DNA of 64,000 bases from Candidatus Eiseniibacteriota bacterium (GTDB taxonomy: Bacteria > Eisenbacteria > RBG-16-71-46). A program made the position numbers and the translations under genes. Shown one piece after another: positions 57,428-64,000 of the stretch (the first letter of the stretch is position 1; each line of letters begins with the position of its first letter). The DNA lies in assembly GCA_036505355.1 (NCBI GenBank), contig DASXTP010000105.1:2613-66612 (forward strand). The letters run 5' to 3'. The notes beneath the pieces are model-generated. The model was not told where the DNA came from, ran no database searches, and saw nothing but the letters and a program-made list of their open reading frames with translations.

Positions 57428-57985
57428 ATGGAAAACGCACGCCGCGATCAGCTCCGCCAGATGCTGCTCAGCCGCTCGATGCGGTTTGGGGAGTTCGTCC
57501 TCAGCTCTGGAGCCACGTCGAACTACTACATCGACGTGCGCAAGACCAGCCTCCACGCCGAAGGGTTGCGGCTCATCTCGAACCTGTTCTTCGATCTGCT
57601 CGTCTCCGAGAACGTCACCGCGGTGGGCGGCCTGACCTTGGGCGCCGACCCGCTGGTCGCAGGCCTCATGTGGTACAGCCTCGAAGCCAAGAAGCCACTG
57701 GAAGGCTTCCTGGTGCGGCGCACCACGAAGGATCACGGTCTTCGCGGACAGGTGGAAGGTAATCTGGCCGGCCACAAACGGGTGGCGATCCTGGACGACG
57801 TCATCACCAGCGGCGAGAGCGCCTTGATCGCCGCCGAGGCCGCAGAGTCGTACAAGGCCGAGGTGGTCCGGGTGCTGGCAGTGGTCGATCGCGAACAAGG
57901 AGCCTCGCAGATTTTCCAGCAGCGGGGCTACCCGTTCTCGGCCCTGTTCTCGATCGGCGAGCTGCTCCCGGCCGAGAGGGGCTAG
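57428..57985 (+). CDS. pyrE: orotate phosphoribosyltransferase
   Basis: MENARRDQLRQMLLSRSMRFGEFVLSSGATSNYYIDVRK and PRPP-binding loop VAILDDVITSGES. Confidence 0.85.
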   Translation: MENARRDQLRQMLLSRSMRFGEFVLSSGATSNYYIDVRKTSLHAEGLRLISNLFFDLLVSENVTAVGGLTLGADPLVAGLMWYSLEAKKPLEGFLVRRTTKDHGLRGQVEGNLAGHKRVAILDDVITSGESALIAAEAAESYKAEVVRVLAVVDREQGASQIFQQRGYPFSALFSIGELLPAERG

Positions 57986-58030
57986 CACCGAGGTCATCCC
58001 CCGGAGGGTCGGGGATCGCGTACACGGAGG

Positions 58031-59167
58031 TTGCTGCACCAGCTTATGGACGAGCGTGAGATCCGCGCATCCGGCGCGGGAGACGATTCGACACCCGTTG
58101 AAGGCGGCGACGACGAGGGGGCGGCCTTCACGTTGCCCTCATGGCTCGACGAGGCGATCGCCCGCTCGCAGCGTTCGGAGCCACCTACCAGCGGCCCCGG
58201 GTCCGAGCCGGCACCGGATCACGCCGCGTTTTCGGATCCGTCCGTCCCGGACTTCTTGGCGGACAATCATACGCTCGAACCGGCGGATCAGCGGGCATTC
58301 GAGCCTCGCCCGTCCTCTCCCGAGCCCGAAGGGACATTTTCGGGGCGATCAGACGCGATGTCGCCCGAGGCGAGCCCGTCTTCGTGGCTCGTCATGGACG
58401 AGTCAGGAACGCGTGCGTGGCTCGCCGACGAGGCAAGCCGCGAGTTGACGCCGCCGCCTCCTGACGACGCCTCGAGCAGCCTCGAGCGCTCCCGCCCCGT
58501 CGACGCCGACCGACCCTTGTTGGGAGACGGCACCTCGCTGCCCAGCTTCCTCCCCCATCATCGGGGAGAGCTGCCGCGCAGCTTGCGGGCCTCCGAAGAG
58601 ATTCCCGCAAAGTCCGGCGCGCCGCAGTTGTTGCTCGTCGCGGCCCTCATCTTGGCGGCCTCCGCGGCCGTCCTCTTCGTCAAGACGCAGCTCGACAAGA
58701 ACAGCAACCCGGATGTGACTTCAGCCGCGGCTCCCATGAGCGCGGAGCCACCTCCTGCCGCCACGACTCCGGTGCCCACGCCGCCGGCTGCCGAGCCGGC
58801 TGCCGAACCGGCTTCCGGTCCCACGGCCGCCGATCAGCCGGCCAACGTCGACCAACCGCCTTCGCCCGAGGCTCCTCCTCAGGTCGAGCGGTCAACTTCG
58901 GGACACGGCCGCTTTGGCATCAGCGTCGGCACCTTCCGCAGCGAGGAACGAGCCACCATCGAGCGGACGCGCTTGGCGGCGAACAGCGGCCTGGTGCCGA
59001 AGACGGTGGTGATGAGCGAAGGAGGAGAGTCGCTCTACCGGTTGATCCTCGGGGCATTCGACAGCCGCGAGAGCGCCGATTCGGCCGCTTCGTCCCTTGT
59101 GCAGCGCGGGATCGTCAAGGAAGCGTTTGCCGTGCCGCTCGGCGCGGCGCCCTCGAAGCCGCGGTAG
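58031..59167 (+). CDS. SPOR-domain (peptidoglycan-binding) protein with disordered acidic N-terminal region and one TM helix
   Basis: TM LLLVAALILAASAAVLFV, Pro/Ala-rich linker, C-terminal SPOR fold (FGISVGTFRSEERATIERTRLA...YRLILGAFDSRESADSAASSL). Confidence 0.65.
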   Translation: MLHQLMDEREIRASGAGDDSTPVEGGDDEGAAFTLPSWLDEAIARSQRSEPPTSGPGSEPAPDHAAFSDPSVPDFLADNHTLEPADQRAFEPRPSSPEPEGTFSGRSDAMSPEASPSSWLVMDESGTRAWLADEASRELTPPPPDDASSSLERSRPVDADRPLLGDGTSLPSFLPHHRGELPRSLRASEEIPAKSGAPQLLLVAALILAASAAVLFVKTQLDKNSNPDVTSAAAPMSAEPPPAATTPVPTPPAAEPAAEPASGPTAADQPANVDQPPSPEAPPQVERSTSGHGRFGISVGTFRSEERATIERTRLAANSGLVPKTVVMSEGGESLYRLILGAFDSRESADSAASSLVQRGIVKEAFAVPLGAAPSKPR

Positions 59168-59347
59168 GCTCTTTAGAGTCCTCTTTTTCCCGGCCATCCT
59201 TTGGCAGTTCCTGCCCTGACGCCACTTCGGGGAGTTTCCTTCCCGATTAGTCTTCGCTCGCGCCACGCCGTTCAAGTCGCCGATCTGGTTTTCCCTTGCT
59301 CCTCCCCCGCACCGCCGACTAGGTTGTGCGACCGCTTGCCCTCGTGC

Positions 59348-59423
59348 GTCCCTATCGTCTAGAGGCCTAGGACACCGCCCTTTCACGGCGGCAACACGGG
59401 TTCGAATCCCGTTGGGGACGCCA
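59348..59423 (+). tRNA. tRNA-Glu (anticodon UUC)
   Basis: Cloverleaf: acceptor GTCCCTA/TGGGGAC with encoded CCA, D-loop TCTAGAGGCCTAGGA, anticodon loop CTTTCAC, T-arm ACGGGTTCGAATCCCGT. 76 nt. Confidence 0.85.
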
Positions 59424-59857
59424 CGTTCCTCGATTCACCTGATACCCCAAGACGCTTAATCAGCCACTTACGCGCTCTCCCCGGGCGACGGATGCGTCAC
59501 GGGACACCCCAAGATTCAGGAGAACGGGCACCGTTCGGGCACGGCGGCGCCGAACCAAGGAGGAGGGAAACGTGAGCTGGACCCGACCGTACGCTGAAGA
59601 GGAACGACGGTGGCGTTCTCTGGACGCGACCGAACCGCTGCTCGCGTCGCGGCAGGCGAAGCACGAGGGCGTTGAGGGCATCGGGAAGTCACCGCTGCCG
59701 ATACTGACGACCGAGCAGCCCGGCGGGTTGTTGGGCGATCGCCTCCGCGCCGAGGCCCGAGCAGCGCGAGCAGCAGCGGGAACTCGCCAAGGCGCCAAGA
59801 CTCCGAGTCCGCTGCCTGCGACGATTCAATCTGGGTGGCACTCGCGGTATTGCGGAG

Positions 59858-60232
59858 GTGGGCACCGAGCACACGCTCGACGAGGGCTTGGCACGTTCGC
59901 TCGCCACTAGGTCCTCGCCGAGCGTCGAAATCATCGATGATCCGCGCATCGCCGAGCGCGAGGCGAAGCTGCGTGCCGAACGCGCCGCGGCCATCGAGAC
60001 CGTCAGGCAGTCGCGGCGGCCGGCTGAGCCGTCCCCACCTCCTCCGGCACCGACGTTGCCCGTCGAACCGCTGAAGCGCTGTCGTATCCGAGTGCTCAAG
60101 TCCATCGTCGGCTTCGCTGGCCAGGTCTGGGAAGTGGGCAGCGAGCACGAGGTCGGCTTGGAATGGGCGAGGGAACGAATCCTAGCCAAGCCTCGTGACC
60201 CGCGGGTCGAGATCATCGAGGAAGTCCAATGA
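59858..60232 (+). CDS. hypothetical protein (124 aa), native-like codon usage
   Basis: Very high GC3 throughout. GTG start directly after GGAGG. No recognizable motifs. The upstream ORF 59572-59910 (strong SD AAGGAGGAG) overlaps in the +1 frame. Confidence 0.5.
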   Translation: MGTEHTLDEGLARSLATRSSPSVEIIDDPRIAEREAKLRAERAAAIETVRQSRRPAEPSPPPPAPTLPVEPLKRCRIRVLKSIVGFAGQVWEVGSEHEVGLEWARERILAKPRDPRVEIIEEVQ

Positions 60233-60443
60233 GCACAGCGCGTGCCGGCCGGTCCTCCTGTTCCGGTGGTGCACTGGGTCAGCCGCTCAGTGACGGCACG
60301 CGTACCCCGAGGCCGGCTGCCGTGAAACCCGCGGGTGCCCCGGGGGATTCTTGCACCGGCAGAGGATGTCGGCGAGGGACTAGAATGACGCAGCGAGTGG
60401 GTCGCGGCTCGCAGCCCAGCAAACACTACCAGGGAGGCCGACC

Positions 60444-60860
60444 ATGTTCGCCAAGCGACTCTTCCATGTCTCAGCCGCAGTCCTTCTTCTGGCCCTTGCG
60501 TACCACCTCGGGGTACGCACCACCAGCGCCGCACCGCCGAGCCAGGAAGTCGCGGTACTCGCGGGTGAGGTTCCCGATGGAGGAACGATCCCACTTCCCC
60601 ACTATCAGGACGGCAGCGAGGCACTTGAGAGTGAGTGTCGCTGGCTTGTGAGCTTGAAGGTGCGGAGCAACAACACCAATTTCCTTCCGAACTTTGAACG
60701 CTGCGACACCGACGGACGCACGGTGCACGTCTACTGGTGTCAAAACAACTGCAGCGGGGGACGTGACTGCACTCTTCCCGGAGAAGGGTGTGGCACGCCG
60801 GCGCACCCGTGCACGGCGAACTACATAATCATAGCTACGCGTAACACGAAGGCTCACTAG
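60444..60860 (+). CDS. small secreted cysteine-rich protein (138 aa, 10 Cys)
   Basis: Signal peptide MFAKRLFHVSAAVLLLALAYHLGVRTTSAAP. Cys pattern CRW...CDTDGRTVHVYWCQNNCSGGRDCTLPGEGCGTPAHPC. GC content below genome average. Confidence 0.45.
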   Translation: MFAKRLFHVSAAVLLLALAYHLGVRTTSAAPPSQEVAVLAGEVPDGGTIPLPHYQDGSEALESECRWLVSLKVRSNNTNFLPNFERCDTDGRTVHVYWCQNNCSGGRDCTLPGEGCGTPAHPCTANYIIIATRNTKAH

Positions 60861-60987
60861 TGGTGCGTGAGACGGAGATCTCGTGTTCGTGCGGCGCCCG
60901 GTCGCGGGTCCTCCCCCGGCGTACTGATTGCGGGTCCCGGCGACTGCGATATGTGGCCAGTGACAGACCCAAAATCGAGGCGGTCGC

Positions 60988-61473
60988 ATGGCGCATAGGC
61001 GCCGGCTGCTGACCCTCCGGGCCTACGCCCGGCACCGGCGCTGCACCCTGTCCACGGTGCAGAAGGCGGTCGCCACCGGGAGGATCGCGCTCGGGCCCGG
61101 CGGCCGGGTCGATCCACTAGAGGCCGACATCGCCTGGCAGGCGAACACCGGACCGCGGCGCGACTCGGCCAACGGCAATGGCCACGCGGCGCCGGGCACC
61201 GTGGCAGCGGCGGCGCGCGAGGTGCAGCTGGCGCGGGCCCGGCTGCTGCGACAGGAGTATCGCAAGCGCAGCCGCGAACTGGTCTCGCGACGCCGGGTCG
61301 AGCGGACGCTCTTCAACTTTGCCCGCCGGCTCCGTGATCGGATCTTGGCAGTGCCGGACCGGGTCAGCGCGATAGCCGCAGGCATGACGGATGCGTCGGA
61401 GATACACCGGTTGCTGACCCGCGAACTGGAAATAGCCTTGGTCGCGCTCGCAGACGGGGACCCGACAACGTAG
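60988..61473 (+). CDS. phage terminase small-subunit-like HTH DNA-binding protein
   Basis: N-terminus RRLLTLRAYARHRRCTLSTVQKAVATGRIALGPGGRVDPLEADIAWQANTGP follows the common small-terminase HTH pattern (LT..EYA...GVS..AV.KA...GRI.....G.ID...AD..W). High GC3. Confidence 0.5.
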   Translation: MAHRRRLLTLRAYARHRRCTLSTVQKAVATGRIALGPGGRVDPLEADIAWQANTGPRRDSANGNGHAAPGTVAAAAREVQLARARLLRQEYRKRSRELVSRRRVERTLFNFARRLRDRILAVPDRVSAIAAGMTDASEIHRLLTRELEIALVALADGDPTT

Positions 61474-61523
61474 GGGGTGGCAGGAGCTGGCTCCGCTCCT
61501 GCCGCCTTCTCACGGAGGGGATC

Positions 61524-61660
61524 ATGCCGCGACGGGGGCGACCGAAGTTGAACGCAGGCTGGAGCACGCCGCTGGGCGCGTGGATTGCGTCGTACGGGCG
61601 GGAGCGCCTGGCCGCCGACCTGGGCCCGCGAGTGACGGCCGCGTCTACGAAGGGCGATAG
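61524..61660 (+). pseudogene. 5' fragment of an ORF (MPRRGRPKLNAGWSTPLGAWIASYGRERLAADLG...) truncated where the lower-GC cassette begins
   Basis: Coding-like GC3 for ~45 codons, then abrupt loss of codon bias at ~61650, coincident with the 3' end of the minus-strand gene 61645-62349. Confidence 0.25.
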
Positions 61661-62349
61661 TAGATCATCTGCCGCTGCCAGCCCTCCAACACCGCATCAG
61701 CGGCGCGAAACTCAAACAACTCGTACAGTTCGTTGGCGAGGTTGCGTGCCTCCCTGGCGAGCTCGGCATCGCTTGTGCCGGGCCGCACAAGAAGGTCTGC
61801 GGTAAAGGGGGCCTCGGTATGAGCGACGTAACGACTGCTCGTGCCTCCGCGGTTGGGATCGTCTACCACGAGGCGGCGGTCCTTCAGACCACCGACTTCC
61901 AAGAGGGCTCGGAGATCCTCCCCTGGGCAAACCGCCTGGGCGTACCGGGAAGCGAAATGCGCAAACTCTGTCATTCGATAGACGGTGTCTCCGATACCCA
62001 GGAGCTTCTCCCCGGGCTCAACGTGGTCTTCCAACAGCCCAAGCTGGAGCGCTGCACCGTAGTCCGCGCGCATCCCGGCAACGTGGAGGAACTGCCCGCT
62101 CAGAAAAGCGCACCAGATCTCGCGGAAGTAGTTCCATTCTGTGGTCTGCCAGACGCGATCCGACTCGATCACCACGTTGTGCTGAAGGCTCACGTGAGGA
62201 TAGTCCCAGCCCCGGAAATTGACCGCGATCCCGTTGAGCGCCACCTTGATTGCCAGCTTGTCTCCCCAGCGCTTCGGTTGCTCGATTGAAGGCAGCAATC
62301 GCGCTTGCCAGTAGCCCTTGGACTTCAGGGCTGCGATGAACTCCTTCAC
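61645..62349 (-). CDS. hypothetical protein (234 aa), last gene of the lower-GC cassette
   Basis: No recognizable catalytic motif. Start overlaps the upstream AlbA_2-like gene stop by 4 nt (ATGA-type coupling). GC ~60%. Confidence 0.5.
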   Translation of the reverse strand: MKEFIAALKSKGYWQARLLPSIEQPKRWGDKLAIKVALNGIAVNFRGWDYPHVSLQHNVVIESDRVWQTTEWNYFREIWCAFLSGQFLHVAGMRADYGAALQLGLLEDHVEPGEKLLGIGDTVYRMTEFAHFASRYAQAVCPGEDLRALLEVGGLKDRRLVVDDPNRGGTSSRYVAHTEAPFTADLLVRPGTSDAELAREARNLANELYELFEFRAADAVLEGWQRQMIYYRPS

Positions 62350-63041
62350 GGCAGGCCCTCGACCTCTTCGTCATAGCGGGATAGCGCAGGCCTCGGCTGC
62401 GCCGGCAGAGCCCCAACAAGCCCCACGTGACGGGCGAGTCCAACCCATCGGGCGACGGCCTTATCCGTTGCGAGGCCAATCACTGCGCGCATGTCCTCCT
62501 GAAACGCCACTTCCCGAGACTCTGGTTTCCGGAGGGAGCGCACATAACAGCCCCCTTGTCTCAGCACGTTCCCATGGTCCTTCTTGCACAGGACCGGGAC
62601 CTCAGCGAATTCGCTAACCACGATCACTCGGAACGTACGCCCTTTGTACCGGCGCACCTCCAATGAGAGTTCCACGCTAGGGTCTGCGAAGCCGGAGACG
62701 ATTCCAGAGAGCCGATCGAAGTCCCACGACTTGGCGTGCGCGCTGGTCACTCCGGTCGGATTTAGGGTCTTGTCCCGATTCTCGGAGACACCAACGACTA
62801 CAACCCCGCTGTCGCGGCGGTTAGCAAATGCTAGGATCGCGCGCACCAGCTTCGCCCGAAAATGAGCATCGCCAAGAGAACCGGACGACTTGAATTCAAC
62901 GCCGTTGGTTTCGTGCCCCTGTTCGATTAGTTGTGCTATATCGTCGTCAGTCATTGTGGTCTCGCCATTTCGAATCGAGTTCCTCTCGCCCGACGCGACT
63001 TGGCCGGGGGCTGGGAAGCTACCACCGGCGCCGGCGGACAC
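62346..63041 (-). CDS. AlbA_2 / Schlafen-like putative DNA-binding domain protein (start at 63041 or the internal ATG at 62955)
   Basis: DIAQLIEQGHETNGVEFKSSGSLGD matches the AlbA_2 (divergent-AAA/Schlafen) N-terminal motif (L...GES..vEFK). No intact Walker A is visible. Confidence 0.5.
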   Translation of the reverse strand: MSAGAGGSFPAPGQVASGERNSIRNGETTMTDDDIAQLIEQGHETNGVEFKSSGSLGDAHFRAKLVRAILAFANRRDSGVVVVGVSENRDKTLNPTGVTSAHAKSWDFDRLSGIVSGFADPSVELSLEVRRYKGRTFRVIVVSEFAEVPVLCKKDHGNVLRQGGCYVRSLRKPESREVAFQEDMRAVIGLATDKAVARWVGLARHVGLVGALPAQPRPALSRYDEEVEGLP

Positions 63042-63702
63042 GCCGTCGCAGTCGCCTGAGCCACGGTCGGTTCCACCAGCGATTCGCGACCCAGAGCAAG
63101 GCGTGAATTCGCTCTCCGGAGCGTTCGAGACGTTGGAATTGGTCTGCCACGCTGGCCAAGCCCATAGTCATACTCTCCGGAATCGACACGCCCCGGTCCG
63201 CAAGCCTTGATATTCCATCATCAACAACGACGGCGCTCTGCACCGCGATTGCCAGGTACATGTACCACTTCCGGACTCGGCCGGCGACCGCCTGGTCGGA
63301 AAGAGACGCGAGATCGTCCGAAAGCGGCGCGGGAATCCTGGGCTCGAAGGGGGCCATCAGGATGCGCGTCACGCGTTCGACCTCGCGGAGGATCACCGCC
63401 GCCGCGCTGCAGTTACGAATCTGCTCGGCCAGGTGCCCCATGAGCCTCGCGCGCGCCTGCTGTTTCTGCCTCCGGCTTGTCCACGACCAACCAATAAGGC
63501 TGAGCATCGCCGTAAGGAGAGCGCCGGCTAACACCCCCGCGAGCTGGCTCTCCAGGAACGGAGTCGGGGGAAGCTGGATCGCCTTCGGCGGCATTAAAAC
63601 GTGGACTTCCGCCCACACGGTGTCCGGGTACGGCACCATGATTGTGTCGCGAACCACCACGGTCAGCGTGTCATGGATGATGGTGGGAACCAGTGCGGTC
63701 AT
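63019..63702 (-). CDS. hypothetical membrane protein (one TM helix, cytoplasmic C-terminal domain)
   Basis: TM LAGVLAGALLTAMLSLIGWSW followed by a basic stop-transfer (RRQKQQARAR). Overlaps the downstream gene start by 22 nt. Confidence 0.45.
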   Translation of the reverse strand: MTALVPTIIHDTLTVVVRDTIMVPYPDTVWAEVHVLMPPKAIQLPPTPFLESQLAGVLAGALLTAMLSLIGWSWTSRRQKQQARARLMGHLAEQIRNCSAAAVILREVERVTRILMAPFEPRIPAPLSDDLASLSDQAVAGRVRKWYMYLAIAVQSAVVVDDGISRLADRGVSIPESMTMGLASVADQFQRLERSGERIHALLWVANRWWNRPWLRRLRRRVRRRRW

Positions 63703-63712
63703 CGAGGCAAGG

Positions 63713-64000
63713 TCAACGGTACCGCGCCTTCACGCTGCCGAAGGTGGATTGCTGCGTGGGCGTGGTGCCGTCCCAGAAGTTGCCGACGTAGCGAAGGCTG
63801 CCGCCGCCTCCCCCGCTATCCATGTACCGGGCGAAGATGTCACCATTCGGCGTCATTACCGAGAACATGCCGTTGGCCCGATTCGGGTCTATCCCCGTTC
63901 CTTCTGCCGCGAATCCGCTCACCATGCTGCCCGACTGCGCTCCCGCATTCCGGGCTCCCAGGTGGTAGGCAATCGCGAGGCACAGCAGCCCCGCGCAGAC
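63713..64000 (-). CDS. partial CDS (C-terminal part; gene starts beyond the right edge of the window)
   Basis: The frame is open to the window end, and the C-terminus ends ...GNFWDGTTPTQQSTFGSVKARYR. First gene of the four-gene cassette. Confidence 0.4.
   Translation of the reverse strand, partial: VCAGLLCLAIAYHLGARNAGAQSGSMVSGFAAEGTGIDPNRANGMFSVMTPNGDIFARYMDSGGGGGSLRYVGNFWDGTTPTQQSTFGSVKARYR

Noticed and set aside
59572-59910. 112-aa ORF with strong Shine-Dalgarno immediately after tRNA-Glu
   Set aside because: Codon bias decays in its second half and it overlaps the better-supported 59858-60232 ORF. It is kept only as a possible frameshifted N-terminus of that gene, not as an independent feature.
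1-64000. Search for CRISPR arrays, rRNA genes and additional tRNAs
   Set aside because: No regularly spaced direct repeats, no rRNA-like conserved stretches and no further cloverleaf candidates were seen by eye. Only tRNA-Glu at 59348-59423 is supported.

Overview
High-GC (~68-70%) bacterial chromosomal segment, almost entirely transcribed on the minus strand. Many + strand ORFs in the six-frame track are Arg/Pro-rich antisense artefacts of the high GC. No rRNA genes and no CRISPR arrays were seen. I can support the following blocks. (1) 1.8-10.1 kb: a co-directional redox string comprising a Cyc2-like fused monoheme cytochrome/outer-membrane porin, a type-1 blue copper protein, a GltD-family FAD/Fe-S NAD(P)H oxidoreductase, Rieske protein, split cytochrome b6 plus subunit IV, an octaheme membrane cytochrome c and a monoheme cytochrome c. 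This is a candidate extracellular Fe(II)-oxidation or electron-uptake module and is the most interesting part of the window. (2) 11-14.8 kb: a decayed region with a multiply frameshifted Ser/Thr-kinase/TolB-propeller gene, a paralogous 3' fragment, a PP2C remnant, and at 0.9-1.7 kb an IS630 remnant next to a truncated ECF sigma gene. (3) 14.8-17.5 kb: an erythromycin-esterase-family gene whose 3' end is replaced by an intact IS630-family insertion sequence with 25-bp inverted repeats, followed by a 34-bp-arm hairpin that looks like a MITE. (4) 17.5-30 kb: PHP-domain protein, TPR protein, a histidine-utilization operon (hutH-hutU-hutI-ftcD) and a DinG-like helicase. (5) 28.7-46 kb: an Omp85 protein plus a 1114-aa partner (TAM-like), an NHL-repeat protein, and a type IX secretion-like block (porU-like C25 peptidase, small zinc-ribbon gene, porV-like, an M6 metalloprotease with the T9SS C-terminal sorting domain, two tandem VPGxGQ-motif paralogs). 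A ~130-bp repeat element sits upstream of two operons here. (6) accA and dnaE, with dnaE carrying a 453-aa LAGLIDADG intein, then an M23 peptidase, an S8 protease with the T9SS sorting domain, pyrE and a SPOR protein. (7) tRNA-Glu followed by an accessory region with phage-like remnants and a lower-GC four-gene cassette containing an AlbA_2/Schlafen-like protein, which is a candidate novel defence system.
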